A stretch of DNA of 64,000 nt from Candidatus Omnitrophota bacterium. Its GTDB lineage: Bacteria; Omnitrophota; Gorgyraeia; Zapsychrales; Fredricksoniimonadaceae. The notes beneath the pieces are model-generated. The model was not told where the DNA came from. It searched no databases and worked only from the letters and a program-made list of their open reading frames with translations. A program made the translations under genes and the position numbers. Every line of letters starts with the position of its first letter. Positions within the stretch are counted from its first letter, which is position 1. Location of the stretch: assembly GCA_016201795.1 (NCBI GenBank), contig JACQCF010000018.1, forward strand, positions 2,820-66,819. The letters run 5' to 3'. Below, piece by piece: positions 50,157 to 60,520 of the stretch.

Positions 50157-52919
50157 ATGGATTATCAAAAAACATTAAATTTACCCAAGACCGATTTTGC
50201 CATGAAGGCGAATCTGGTGCAAAAAGAGCCGCAGTGTTTGGCGCAGTGGCAGAAGGATAAAATTTACGAGCATCTGCGTGCTAAAGCCAAAGGTAAAAAA
50301 CCTTTCATTCTGCACGATGGGCCGCCGTATGCCAATGGCCATATTCACATCGGCCACGCGCTCAATAAAATTCTCAAAGACATCATTGTCCGTTATAAAA
50401 CCATGAAAGGCTTTGACGCCCTTTACGTGCCCGGCTGGGACTGCCACGGCCTGCCTATCGAGCATCAACTGCTCAAAGAGTTAAAAGCTCAAAAAAGCGA
50501 TTTCGATACGGTTGTGTTTCGCAAGAAAGCCCATGAATACGCCATGAAGTTCGTCGACATTCAGCGCGAGGAGTTTAAACGTCTAGGAATTTGGGGGGAT
50601 TGGGACAAGCCTTATCTGACGCTGGACCCCGGTTATGAATACTGGATTCTCAAATCTTTAGCGGCGCTCACCCGTCAGGGCTATGTTTACCGCAGTTTAA
50701 AACCGGTGAACTGGTGTTTTAGCTGTGAAACCGCCTTGGCCGAGGCTGAGGTGGAGTATGAAGACCGCAGCTCACCGACGGTATTTGTGCGCTTTCCGGT
50801 GAATAATCCCGATGTGCTTGGGCTTCCTGCGGGCAAGAAAGTGTCGATGTTAATTTGGACAACCACGCCGTGGACATTATTAGCCAACGTGGCGGTGGCT
50901 TCTCATGCAGATTTTACTTATGTGCTGGCGGATTTGGGCCAGGAAATTTTTATTTTGGAAAAAACTTTATCCGAGAAAATTTTAACTAAAACTACATTCA
51001 AGGTGATTAAAGAAGTCAGGGGAAAAGATTTGACCAAGGTCGTTTACAGCCATCCTTTTGATAAATTACAGAATTGTCCCGTCTTTAATGCCGATTATGT
51101 CACCAAACAAGACGGTACAGGTATAGTGCATATAGCCCCGGGGCATGGTCAAGAAGACTATCAAGTTGGTTTGACTCATCATTTACCAGTACTTATGCCG
51201 GTCACTAGTAAAGGTGTTTTCAATAAGGACGGCGCCCCGTTTACAGGCCAACATGTTTTTAAAGCCAATGAAGCCATCGTTGAGGATCTTAAGGCCAGGG
51301 GGCTTTTATTTTTGATGGAGAATATCCAACATTCTTATCCCCATTGCTGGCGCTGTAAAAGCCCGATCATTTTTCGTGCCACCGAGCAGTGGTTTTTAAA
51401 CGTGGAGCATAAGAATTTAAGAAAACGGCTTGAAATTGCCATTGAAAACGAGGTGCAATGGTTTCCACCGACGGGCCGCGAGCGCATTTTAGGGATGGTG
51501 TCTACCCGTCCAGACTGGTGTTTGTCCCGTCAGCGGATGTGGGGAGTGCCAATCCCAGCGCTGGTGTGTACTAGTTGCAAGGGAGCACATAAATTATTTG
51601 TTGAGGTCATTGAACATTTTGCCCAACTGGTTAAGACACACGGCAGCGACGTGTGGTTTGAAAAAGACCTTAAGAAGCTGCTACCGCCAGGATTTAAATG
51701 TCCGGCTTGTGGCGGGAATACTTTTGAGAAAACATATGATATTCTCGACGTGTGGTTTGATTCCGGGGTCAGCCATCAGGCGGTGTTTCGTACCCTTATC
51801 AACATTCCTTTGCCGGCGGATTTGTATTTGGAAGGTTCGGATCAGCACCGCGGGTGGTTTCAGTCGTCTCTGATTCCATCCATCGCCATCGACGATAAAG
51901 CTCCTTACCGTCAAGTGTTGACCCATGGTTTTGTGGTTGACGGCCAGGGAAGAAAAATGTCTAAATCCTTAGGCAATGTGATTTCCCCCCAGGACATGAT
52001 CAATCAAAACGGCGCGGAAATTTTGCGTTTGTGGGTGGCTTCCAGTTCTTATAACGATGATGTGAGGATATCCAAGGAGATTATCGATCGCCTGGTGGAT
52101 GCCTACCGCAAAATCCGCAACACCGTGCGTTATTTATTGGGCAATTTAAACGATTTTAATCCGGACAAAGATTGTCTGGCCTATGTCAAGCTTCTGGATT
52201 TGGACCGCTGGGCTTTAAACCGTTTGGCCCAGGTGATTCAAACCTCAGATGAAGCTTATGCGGCCTACGATTTTGTTAAAGTGTACAAGACCATTTACAG
52301 CTTTTGCAATGAAGATCTATCCAGCATTTATCTTGACATCCTCAAAGACCGATTGTATACTTGCCCCGCTTTATCGGTCCAAAGAAAGTCAGCACAGACG
52401 GTTCTTTACCATATTCTCGATTGTCTCACGCGTATCATTGCTCCCGTAATGGTCGTTACCGCCGAGGAGATTTTTGCCATCAGCCCCAAAAGCAAAGAGA
52501 CTTCCAAAGAATCGAGTGTACATTTATTAACCTGGCCAACGATTGAGGGCGCCTGGGTTTCTAAAGAAATTGAGCAGAAGTTTAAGGTTCTTTTGGATTT
52601 ACGTCCGTTGGTGCTCAAAGCCCTGGATGAACAAAGAAAGCAGGGGGCTATCGGCAGCGGTTTGCAAGCCAAAGTGATTATCAAGACCGCCAGCCAGCGC
52701 GATTTTGATTATCTCAAAAGTTTCGGCGATGATTTAGCTTTTTATTTTATTGTTTCACAAGTGTCGCTGCAGAAAGCCCAGGCGTTTGCTATTGAAATTC
52801 ACCCTGCCGATGGTACCAAATGCAGCCGCTGTTGGAATTGGCGCACGGAAGTAGGAAAACATCCCAAACATCCGAGTTTGTGTTCACGTTGTGCCGAGGT
52901 AGTCGAGAGTTTAGCGTAG
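50157..52919 (+). CDS. ileS: Isoleucine--tRNA ligase (type 1)
   Basis: DGPPYANGHIHIGH, WTTTPWT, KMSKS and C-terminal CSRC..CSRC. Confidence 0.97.
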   Translation: MDYQKTLNLPKTDFAMKANLVQKEPQCLAQWQKDKIYEHLRAKAKGKKPFILHDGPPYANGHIHIGHALNKILKDIIVRYKTMKGFDALYVPGWDCHGLPIEHQLLKELKAQKSDFDTVVFRKKAHEYAMKFVDIQREEFKRLGIWGDWDKPYLTLDPGYEYWILKSLAALTRQGYVYRSLKPVNWCFSCETALAEAEVEYEDRSSPTVFVRFPVNNPDVLGLPAGKKVSMLIWTTTPWTLLANVAVASHADFTYVLADLGQEIFILEKTLSEKILTKTTFKVIKEVRGKDLTKVVYSHPFDKLQNCPVFNADYVTKQDGTGIVHIAPGHGQEDYQVGLTHHLPVLMPVTSKGVFNKDGAPFTGQHVFKANEAIVEDLKARGLLFLMENIQHSYPHCWRCKSPIIFRATEQWFLNVEHKNLRKRLEIAIENEVQWFPPTGRERILGMVSTRPDWCLSRQRMWGVPIPALVCTSCKGAHKLFVEVIEHFAQLVKTHGSDVWFEKDLKKLLPPGFKCPACGGNTFEKTYDILDVWFDSGVSHQAVFRTLINIPLPADLYLEGSDQHRGWFQSSLIPSIAIDDKAPYRQVLTHGFVVDGQGRKMSKSLGNVISPQDMINQNGAEILRLWVASSSYNDDVRISKEIIDRLVDAYRKIRNTVRYLLGNLNDFNPDKDCLAYVKLLDLDRWALNRLAQVIQTSDEAYAAYDFVKVYKTIYSFCNEDLSSIYLDILKDRLYTCPALSVQRKSAQTVLYHILDCLTRIIAPVMVVTAEEIFAISPKSKETSKESSVHLLTWPTIEGAWVSKEIEQKFKVLLDLRPLVLKALDEQRKQGAIGSGLQAKVIIKTASQRDFDYLKSFGDDLAFYFIVSQVSLQKAQAFAIEIHPADGTKCSRCWNWRTEVGKHPKHPSLCSRCAEVVESLA

Positions 52920-52945
52920 GGGTCCCGCCATGGCGGGACCCGTAC
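52916..52945. repeat. GTAG-type REP-like palindrome overlapping the ileS stop
   Basis: GTAGGGGTCCCGCCATGGCGGGACCCGTAC; perfect 22-bp palindromic core. Confidence 0.75.
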
Positions 52946-52962
52946 ACAAGGAGAAATATTTC

Positions 52963-53361
52963 ATGCCTGCAAAAGTAAAAAAGAAAAAAATCAATCCCAA
53001 GTTTGAAATTTATAGAAAACTGCTTTTGAAAACCAAAGAGCAGATTTTAGGCGATATTCATCATCTTGCGGATGAAAATGCCGGCAGCGCCAATGACCGC
53101 GGTGGCGATGTCTCGGGCCATGCTTTGCATATGGCGGATGTGGCTACCGATATGTACGACCGCGAATTCGCTTTAGGTTTAGCCGCCAATGACCGTGATC
53201 TTTTATCCCGCATTAATCAGGCCATGGCCCGTATCGAAGAGGGCACTTACGGGATTTGTTTGGAGTGCAAAAAGTCCATTACCGCCACCCGTTTAAAAGC
53301 CTTGCCGCATGCTAGAACCTGTTTGAAATGCCAGCAGAAGCTTGAATCCCGACGCAGATAG
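52963..53361 (+). CDS. TraR/DksA C4 zinc-finger regulator
   Basis: HMADVATD, YGICLEC, RLKALP and CLKC; AAGGAG SD. Confidence 0.9.
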   Translation: MPAKVKKKKINPKFEIYRKLLLKTKEQILGDIHHLADENAGSANDRGGDVSGHALHMADVATDMYDREFALGLAANDRDLLSRINQAMARIEEGTYGICLECKKSITATRLKALPHARTCLKCQQKLESRRR

Positions 53362-53366
53362 GCCTC

Positions 53367-53846
53367 ATGAGTGATTTAAAACGTCCCAAGATTGATATTA
53401 TTATTTTTCTCTGCGGCGTTTTGGGTATCATTGTTTTCGACAGGCTCAGCAAAATCTTCTTTTCCCATCTTTTGGATTTAAACGAATCCGTCATCCTTAT
53501 TAAAAATGTCCTGCATTTTACCCTCGTGCATAACAGCGGCATTGCCTTTGGTTTGCTCAAAGACTGCGGTTTTGTTTTTATCATTATTCCGCTTATTCTC
53601 ACCGGCCTTCTTATCTATAATGTTTACTATTACCGTCACAGCCAACAATTAAGCCGCACTTACATTGTGGCCTTTTCCTTAATATTAGGAGGGGCCATCG
53701 GTAATTTGATTGACCGGATGGTTTTTGGTTACGTTATTGATTTTATTGATTTTCGTATTTGGCCGGTGTTTAATATGGCGGATAGTGCCATCACCATGGG
53801 GGCAGTCATTATACTTTTTAAATGTATACCATCATCAAAGAGTTAA
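53367..53846 (+). CDS. lspA: Lipoprotein signal peptidase II
   Basis: NSGIAFG, GAIGNLIDR, VIDF and FNMADS. Confidence 0.95.
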   Translation: MSDLKRPKIDIIIFLCGVLGIIVFDRLSKIFFSHLLDLNESVILIKNVLHFTLVHNSGIAFGLLKDCGFVFIIIPLILTGLLIYNVYYYRHSQQLSRTYIVAFSLILGGAIGNLIDRMVFGYVIDFIDFRIWPVFNMADSAITMGAVIILFKCIPSSKS

Positions 53847-53905
53847 TGGTTGATCGTTAATGGTGAATAGTTCAACCGTTAACCATGTACCATTAACTAT
53901 TAACT
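53841..53905. repeat. Inverted heptamer-repeat element
   Basis: AGTTAAT-GGTTGAT-CGTTAAT-GGTGAAT then GTTAACC-ATGTACC-ATTAACT-ATTAACT. Confidence 0.75.
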
Positions 53906-53909
53906 AAAA

Positions 53910-54632
53910 ATGCATCCCATCCTCTTCAAAATAGGTTCTGTCATGATTTATTCTTATGGCGTCATGATCGCCCTGGCCGTGGTTGTTTGTACCTGGTTGT
54001 TAAATAGAGACGCGAAGGTTTATAAAATTCCCTCTGATGTGATTTATGATTTTATGTTCTGGAGTGTAGGTGGAGGTATTCTCGCAGGGCGGATCTTTTA
54101 TATTTTTTTAATGTGGGATTATTTTAGGCAGAATCCGCTGGAGATGATCATGATTCAACACGGCGGGTTAGCCTGGCAGGGAGGGCTCGGTGGCGGTTTA
54201 TTAGCGGGTATCTGGTTTGTGCGTCGTCAAAAACTGCCACTGAGATTATTTTTGGATTTGGGTGCGCCCTACATTGCTTTAGGGCAATCCATCGGCCGTA
54301 TCGGCTGTTTTTTTAATGGCTGTTGTTACGGCAAACCGGTGGCCTGGGGAATTTATTTTCCTATTCATGAGGCACGGCTTCATCCTACCCAGCTCTATGA
54401 AAGCGCAGGGCTTTTTTTAGCTTTTCTCATTTTGAAATACGCGCAAACCAAATCCCATCGGCAGGGAATGATTTTTGTTTTGTATTTATGGTTAGGAGCG
54501 ATGGAGCGTTTTGTGGTGGAATTTTTCCGTGCGGACCATGATCATCATTGGATGGGTTTAAATTTATTCCAGTACATCGCCCTGGGGATTTTTGTTGTCG
54601 GGATCGTTTTGCTTAGACGGTTTAAAAAATGA
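53910..54632 (+). CDS. lgt: Prolipoprotein diacylglyceryl transferase
   Basis: YSYG, GGLAWQGG, GRIGCFFNG, HPTQLYE and EFFR. Confidence 0.95.
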   Translation: MHPILFKIGSVMIYSYGVMIALAVVVCTWLLNRDAKVYKIPSDVIYDFMFWSVGGGILAGRIFYIFLMWDYFRQNPLEMIMIQHGGLAWQGGLGGGLLAGIWFVRRQKLPLRLFLDLGAPYIALGQSIGRIGCFFNGCCYGKPVAWGIYFPIHEARLHPTQLYESAGLFLAFLILKYAQTKSHRQGMIFVLYLWLGAMERFVVEFFRADHDHHWMGLNLFQYIALGIFVVGIVLLRRFKK

Positions 54633-55525
54633 AACAGACCTTTTTTGTGCAAGAGGCGTATCAGGATTTACGCCTGGATGTGTATCTGACTCATGTGATT
54701 GAAAGTATCCCTTCGCGCAGTTTTGTCAAGAAACTAATCGACACCGCATTAGTTACTGTCAACGGCAAAGGCGCTAAAACCAAATATAAAGTCACCATCG
54801 GGGATCGTGTTGAGGTGAATATAGACCCCGCGGCCTGGGGTCCCCAAGATTTACTAGCTCAGAAAATAGACTTGGATATTTTTTACGAAGACCCGGATAT
54901 TGTGGTGGTCAATAAACCCGTGGACTTAACCGTGCATCCGGCGGTAGGGGGTCGTAGCGGGACTTTGGTCAATGCTTTGCTGGGGCGGTTTGAGGAACTC
55001 TCCGATGTCAATGGCCCGGTGCGTCCGGGTATTGTGCATAGACTCGACCGCGACACCTCCGGCCTGATCGTGATTGCTAAAACCAATGTGTCCCATGCGC
55101 GTCTGGCACGTCAGTTTGAAAAACATACCGTGATGAAGCGTTATGTGGCTCGCGTGCAGGGTGTGGTCCAGTTTGATCAGGGGGTCGTCAATGCCCAAAT
55201 CGGACGCCATCAAAAATATCATGATCAGCGCCGCATTGTAGAAGAAGGCGAAGGCAAAGAAGCCGTTACTCTTTATCGGGTGATCAGGCGTTTTAAAAAA
55301 TCGACCCTGGTGGCGCTTTATCCTCAAACCGGACGTACGCATCAGCTAAGAGTGCACATGAAGCATTTAGGACATCCTATTTTAGGCGATGAAAAATACG
55401 GTCGCAAAGATAGTTTCCCGCGGCTGGCCTTGCACGCACAAAGCATTGCCTTTGAGCATCCGATCACCAGACAACCTGTTGAATTTTCCTGCCCGCCGCC
55501 TGCGGAGTTTTTGCAGGAGAATTAG
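54629..55525 (+). CDS. rluD: RluA/RluD-family pseudouridine synthase
   Basis: S4 domain, VHRLDRDTSG and TGRTHQLRVH. Confidence 0.88.
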   Translation: MKQTFFVQEAYQDLRLDVYLTHVIESIPSRSFVKKLIDTALVTVNGKGAKTKYKVTIGDRVEVNIDPAAWGPQDLLAQKIDLDIFYEDPDIVVVNKPVDLTVHPAVGGRSGTLVNALLGRFEELSDVNGPVRPGIVHRLDRDTSGLIVIAKTNVSHARLARQFEKHTVMKRYVARVQGVVQFDQGVVNAQIGRHQKYHDQRRIVEEGEGKEAVTLYRVIRRFKKSTLVALYPQTGRTHQLRVHMKHLGHPILGDEKYGRKDSFPRLALHAQSIAFEHPITRQPVEFSCPPPAEFLQEN

Positions 55526-55570
55526 GAATTTACTCTTTACTACAGGCAGATTTTTCTTATAATAAAGACC

Positions 55571-56437
55571 ATGAGTCACTCCAGCGGGAAAACATCTATT
55601 ATTTTTGTCATTTTGATTTTAGTGCTGTTGGTTTCTTCAACGGCCATAGGCTTCTTTTTATACAACCAGGAAAATCAGATGCGTAAAGGCCTGGAAGCTC
55701 AGCTGGAGGAAAGTCATCAGCAGCAGGAAAAGCTTCAGGCCGATCTGAAAGATGCCAGAAAACAAGTGGTTCTTTTACAGGATAAAAATAAAGAGGCGGA
55801 TAACAAGATTAATAGTTTGATGGATGAGATAGAGCTTAATGAAGGCCTGCGCAATGAATTAAAGAAAGAGAATACTTCGCTCAAAGATACCGTTGAAGCG
55901 GCCAAGAAGGAAAAAGATAAAGTTCGTTCGGATTTGGATGAAACGGCCAAAAAATTTCAGGAAACCCAGGAATTATTAAAAGCGGAGCAAGATAAAACCA
56001 AAGACTTACAAACCAAGATACAGGATTTAGAGCAAGCCAAGCAGCAAGCGGACACCAAAGTAGAAGAGCCCAAGCCCCAGACGGTGATATCCTCCGCTCC
56101 CGTGACGTCTGATGAGCAGATTCCCAGTGAGCCGATTCATGTTTCTTCTCAAAATCAAAATAAAATGGAATTAGATAAGATTGTGGTTGGCCAACAGGAG
56201 GGGACTAAAGGACGAATTTTGAGCGTGGATAGAGAAACAGAATTTGTCATCTGCAGTTTGGGGAGCAATCAGGGGGTTAAGTCCGGTGATGTGCTTTCCG
56301 TTTATCGGGGAGATAAGTACGTGGGCGATGTTAAGGTTTCTCGTGTTCAGGATGAAATGTGCGCCGCAGATTTTATTCCACCGTTTTCCAGCCATAAAGT
56401 TCGTAAGAATGACATTGTGGTCTTCAAGCAATCATGA
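55571..56437 (+). CDS. Membrane-anchored coiled-coil protein with C-terminal beta domain
   Basis: N-terminal TM, long E/K/Q coiled coil, Pro/Ser linker, then G..QGVK.GD.L.V.R domain. Confidence 0.75.
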   Translation: MSHSSGKTSIIFVILILVLLVSSTAIGFFLYNQENQMRKGLEAQLEESHQQQEKLQADLKDARKQVVLLQDKNKEADNKINSLMDEIELNEGLRNELKKENTSLKDTVEAAKKEKDKVRSDLDETAKKFQETQELLKAEQDKTKDLQTKIQDLEQAKQQADTKVEEPKPQTVISSAPVTSDEQIPSEPIHVSSQNQNKMELDKIVVGQQEGTKGRILSVDRETEFVICSLGSNQGVKSGDVLSVYRGDKYVGDVKVSRVQDEMCAADFIPPFSSHKVRKNDIVVFKQS

Positions 56438-57711
56438 TTCTTAACGTTAGGCCGGTTCCATTTTTAAAAGGCCGGATTCAACTGCCCGCCTCAAAATCTT
56501 ATTCGATCCGTAGTTTTATCATCGCGGCCTGCGGTGGTTTATCGAAGATCATTCATCCCTCGGATTGCGACGATGCCGTGGTGGCTCGGAATTTAGCCAA
56601 AAGTCTGGGGGCTAAAGTGCATCGTCAAAAAGACGGATATGCCATTGAAGCCCGCTCAAAAGTTTTTTCTTTCAAGACTTTTTCGGTGGGCGAATCAGGC
56701 ACCAGTTTAAGATTTTTACTGCCGTTATTGTCCCTGCACACCCGAAAAGCAATAGTTAAGGGCAAAGGCACGTTGATTGGCCGGCCGAATGCGCATTTAT
56801 GCCAGAGCCTTCGCGCCTGTGGTATGAACATTAAAGGTAGTGGCCCTAAAGAGTCCGTACCGATGGTGTATGAGGGAGGATGTCTCAAAGGCGGTACGAT
56901 TGAGATTGATGGCAGTTTAAGTTCACAGTTTATCTCTGCGCTTTTGATTGCCCTGCCTCGACTGGCCGTTGAAAGCCGTATGGTCATTATTGGCGCAAGG
57001 ATGGTATCCACGGATTATATTATGATGACCCGTCAGATCCTGGCTAAAGCAGGTATTAGCTGTAAGGCTATGGGTAACCGGGCATATGTTATTAAAGGTC
57101 ATCAAAATTTTAAGGGGCTAAAGAATTTTTTGGTTCCTTCGGATTACGGATTGGCCGCTTTTGCGATGGGGGCGGCTGCGATTTTACCGTCTCAAGTTGT
57201 GCTTACAGGCTATTTAAAAGATGATTTGATGCAATCCGATGGGCATATTTTAGAATTTTTAAAAAAGATGGGAGTGGTTTTTCAAAAAACAGATTCTGCG
57301 ATTTCGATGCAAGGGCCTTTTGTTTTAAAAGGCGGAACTTTTTCTTTAAAGAATTGTCCGGATCTGGTGCCTATCATGACGGTTCTAGCCCTTTTTGCCA
57401 AGGGTCAGACTAAATTGGTGGATGTTTATCATGTTCGCGTCAAAGAGTCCAACCGCATCAGCGATGTGCGCAAGGAATTGTTTAAGGTAGGTGCGAATGT
57501 TAAGGAAACGGCCAATGGTTTAATCATCACGCCCAAAAGCTCTTATCAAACCAGTCGACTTTTAGACAGCCATCATGACCATCGTTTGGCCATGGCCTGG
57601 ACCGTGTTAGGTATGAAAATCGGCGCTCGGGTCAAAGACATCGAATCCTGCCGTAAATCTTATCCCGCGTTTGTTAACGATATGAAATCATTAGGTTTAA
57701 GAGTTCCGTAG
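56434..57711 (+). CDS. aroA: 3-phosphoshikimate 1-carboxyvinyltransferase
   Basis: SKS, ESGTSLR, SSQFISALL, RVKESNR, DHRLAM and KSYP. Confidence 0.93.
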   Translation: MILNVRPVPFLKGRIQLPASKSYSIRSFIIAACGGLSKIIHPSDCDDAVVARNLAKSLGAKVHRQKDGYAIEARSKVFSFKTFSVGESGTSLRFLLPLLSLHTRKAIVKGKGTLIGRPNAHLCQSLRACGMNIKGSGPKESVPMVYEGGCLKGGTIEIDGSLSSQFISALLIALPRLAVESRMVIIGARMVSTDYIMMTRQILAKAGISCKAMGNRAYVIKGHQNFKGLKNFLVPSDYGLAAFAMGAAAILPSQVVLTGYLKDDLMQSDGHILEFLKKMGVVFQKTDSAISMQGPFVLKGGTFSLKNCPDLVPIMTVLALFAKGQTKLVDVYHVRVKESNRISDVRKELFKVGANVKETANGLIITPKSSYQTSRLLDSHHDHRLAMAWTVLGMKIGARVKDIESCRKSYPAFVNDMKSLGLRVP

Positions 57712-57720
57712 TAAAATTGT

Positions 57721-57749
57721 TTGACACCCTAAGGGCTTTTGGTTAATAT
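57721..57749 (+). promoter_or_regulatory. sigma70-type promoter of mreBC
   Basis: TTGACA-17-TAATAT, 9 nt before the ATG. Confidence 0.65.
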
Positions 57750-57758
57750 GTTGCCATT

Positions 57759-58829
57759 ATGATTTCCCGAATTCAGAAAATTTTCCGCAAAGTTTCCGAT
57801 TATGTTCTAGGTTTATTCTCCAAAGATATGGGGATTGATTTAGGAACAGCCACCACCCTGGTGTATGTCAAGGGCGAAGGGGTGGTGTTGTGCGAGCCAT
57901 CGGTCGTGGCTATTGAAAAAGACACCAACCACGTGCTGGCGGTGGGGGAAGAGGCCAAGCGCATGTTGGGCCGTACCCCAGGCAGTATTGTGGCCATTCG
58001 TCCGATGAAAGACGGCGTTATTTCGGATTTTGAAGTAACAGAAGCCATGTTGAAATATTTCATCAGAAAAGTGCAACCCCGTCGTTTTTTTAGTCCGACG
58101 ATTGTCATTGCCATTCCATCAGGCATTACGGAAGTGGAAAAACGTGCGGTCATTGATTCCGCCGAACACGCCGGCGCTCGCCATGTGATTTTGATTGAAG
58201 AGCCCAAAGCCGCGGCCATTGGCGTGGGTCTTCCTGTGTATGAGCCGGCCGGCAACATGATTATTGATATCGGCGGCGGCACAACGGAATTCGCGGTGAT
58301 TTCCTTAGGCGGCATGGTGTATGCCAAATCCATACGCATTGCGGGTGATGAAATGGATATGGCCATTATCGAATATTTACGTAAGACTTACAATTTGATG
58401 ATCGGTGAACGTACCGCGGAGGAGGTCAAAATCCGTTTAGGTTCGGCCTATCCTTTGGAAGAAGAGTTAAACATGGATGTGCGCGGTCGCGACTTGATTG
58501 CGGGTTTGCCTAAAACCATTAATGTGACTTCCGTGGAAATTCGTGAAGCATTGGCGGATCCGGTGCAGGCGATTGTGGATGCCTCCAAATCGACGCTGGA
58601 ACATACGCCTCCGGAATTGGCGGCGGATTTGATCGACCGCGGCATTGTCATGGCCGGCGGCGGTTCTTTGCTTCGTGGTTTGGATAAACGTATCGCTGAG
58701 GAAACCGGTTTGCCGGTGCATGTGGCGGATGATCCTTTAACGGCGGTGGTCAACGGTACCGGCGAGACGCTCAATATGTCTCCAGCCTTGCGCCGGCGTT
58801 TTACCCAGCATACTAAATTAGACTTCTAG
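57759..58829 (+). CDS. mreB: Rod shape-determining protein MreB
   Basis: [22 protein letters not shown] and GGGSLL. Confidence 0.97.
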   Translation: MISRIQKIFRKVSDYVLGLFSKDMGIDLGTATTLVYVKGEGVVLCEPSVVAIEKDTNHVLAVGEEAKRMLGRTPGSIVAIRPMKDGVISDFEVTEAMLKYFIRKVQPRRFFSPTIVIAIPSGITEVEKRAVIDSAEHAGARHVILIEEPKAAAIGVGLPVYEPAGNMIIDIGGGTTEFAVISLGGMVYAKSIRIAGDEMDMAIIEYLRKTYNLMIGERTAEEVKIRLGSAYPLEEELNMDVRGRDLIAGLPKTINVTSVEIREALADPVQAIVDASKSTLEHTPPELAADLIDRGIVMAGGGSLLRGLDKRIAEETGLPVHVADDPLTAVVNGTGETLNMSPALRRRFTQHTKLDF

Positions 58830-58838
58830 TAAACTAAT

Positions 58839-59615
58839 GTGTTTCGCAAATACCTCAAAAAAGCCATCTATATTAGCATCCTCGCTGTCCCTCTTTTGAT
58901 TCTTCTTTTACATCCCAAATCTTTAAGACCCACGTTTTTGTTGGATGTAACCGCTAAACCGATTCAGTGGTTTGAAGCGCCTGTCTTTGAGCTCAAGAAA
59001 TTATTTTACTTTCGTGAAACTTACGATGAATATTTGAAACTTAAAAAACAAGCGGAGGCACTCAGAGCACGTCTGGTCTATCTGCAAGAAACCATTGAAC
59101 AAAATAAACGTTATGAGACAATGTCAGAATTCCGTCGTACACAGGACTATGTGTCGGTTGTTGCTAGTGTCGTCGGCCGCGATCCTTCCAATTGGAATGC
59201 GTCTTTGATTATCAACCGCGGACAAAAAGATGGTCTTAAAGTGGGCATGTCGGTGGTGTCCCCGCTCGGGGTAGTGGGGCGCATTTTTGAAATTGGCAAC
59301 AACACGGCCAAAGTGATTTTGGTTTCTGATCCCAGCTTTAGTGTGGCTGCCTTAGTGCAGCGTACGCGTGAAAGCGGACTTCTAACCGGCTCTTTGCAGG
59401 GACTTTGCCGGTTGGAATATTTGACGGATAAAGCGGATGTGAAGGTCGGGGATAGAGTGGTTACGTCCAAGCTTAGCTCAGCCTTTCCTGAAGGGATTTT
59501 GATTGGTCAAGTCTCGGATGTGCAAGCCAGCGAAAACAGTCATACGGTAGAGTGTCTGGTCGAGCCTGCGGTTGATCTGTCCCAGATTGAAGAAGTGATT
59601 GTGATTAAGAAATAA
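58839..59615 (+). CDS. mreC: Rod shape-determining protein MreC
   Basis: TM plus coiled coil; INRG..DG, GVVGRI and VTS...FPEGILIG. Confidence 0.9.
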   Translation: MFRKYLKKAIYISILAVPLLILLLHPKSLRPTFLLDVTAKPIQWFEAPVFELKKLFYFRETYDEYLKLKKQAEALRARLVYLQETIEQNKRYETMSEFRRTQDYVSVVASVVGRDPSNWNASLIINRGQKDGLKVGMSVVSPLGVVGRIFEIGNNTAKVILVSDPSFSVAALVQRTRESGLLTGSLQGLCRLEYLTDKADVKVGDRVVTSKLSSAFPEGILIGQVSDVQASENSHTVECLVEPAVDLSQIEEVIVIKK

Positions 59616-59620
59616 AATTT

Positions 59621-60520
59621 ATGGTCGCTATAGAAATCAATAACTTAGTTAAAACTTATAAAACCGGCACCAAGGCGGTCAAGGGCGTGGATTTAACCGT
59701 AGCCCAAGGTGATTTTTTTGCTTTGCTGGGAGCCAACGGGGCAGGTAAAACAACTATCATTAGTATTCTCATCGGCTTGGTCAATAAAACTTCCGGAACA
59801 GTCAAGATTTTTGGACATGACATTGACCGCGAATTTGATCAGGCTAAGAGACTTATGGGCGTTGTCCCTCAAGAGTTTAATTTTAATATGTTCGAAAGGG
59901 TTGGGGATATTGTGACCATCCAGGCGGGGTTTTTTGGTATAGACAGGACGAACGCGCTTAAGAGTTCTGAGGAGGTTTTAAAAAAAGTGGGTTTATGGGA
60001 AAAACGTACGGCCATGGCCCGCACACTTTCAGGCGGCATGAAGCGGCGCTTGATGATTGCACGGGCTTTAGTACATAAACCTAGAATGCTCATTCTCGAT
60101 GAGCCCACCGCCGGGGTGGATGTGCAGTTGCGTTTTGGTATGTGGGATTATTTGCGCGAGCTAAACTCCCAAGGAGTGACGGTTCTTTTGACCACGCATT
60201 ATCTGGAAGAGGTTCAACAGATGTGCCGCAACGCCGCCATTATTAAGGAGGGCGAGATCGTGCGTTTAGATAGTGTGCGGAATTTAAACAAACTCATTAA
60301 GCAAGAAACCTACGTGATTGCGGTCAAAAAGATGCAGCCGCTGTCAGGCATCGAATCCTATCATCCAGTGGTGGTTGATGAGCATACCTTTGAGGTGAAT
60401 TTAAACCGTGATGAACAGCTCAATGACCTGTTAATTAAACTTATGGAACATGGTTTTGATATCACCGACGTGCATCCTAAAGAGCAGCGTTTGGAGAAAT
60501 TATTTTTGTCTCTATTATGA
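59621..60520 (+). CDS. ABC-2 exporter ATP-binding protein (YadG-like)
   Basis: GANGAGKTT, LSGGMKRR and LDEPTAG. Confidence 0.92.
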   Translation: MVAIEINNLVKTYKTGTKAVKGVDLTVAQGDFFALLGANGAGKTTIISILIGLVNKTSGTVKIFGHDIDREFDQAKRLMGVVPQEFNFNMFERVGDIVTIQAGFFGIDRTNALKSSEEVLKKVGLWEKRTAMARTLSGGMKRRLMIARALVHKPRMLILDEPTAGVDVQLRFGMWDYLRELNSQGVTVLLTTHYLEEVQQMCRNAAIIKEGEIVRLDSVRNLNKLIKQETYVIAVKKMQPLSGIESYHPVVVDEHTFEVNLNRDEQLNDLLIKLMEHGFDITDVHPKEQRLEKLFLSLL

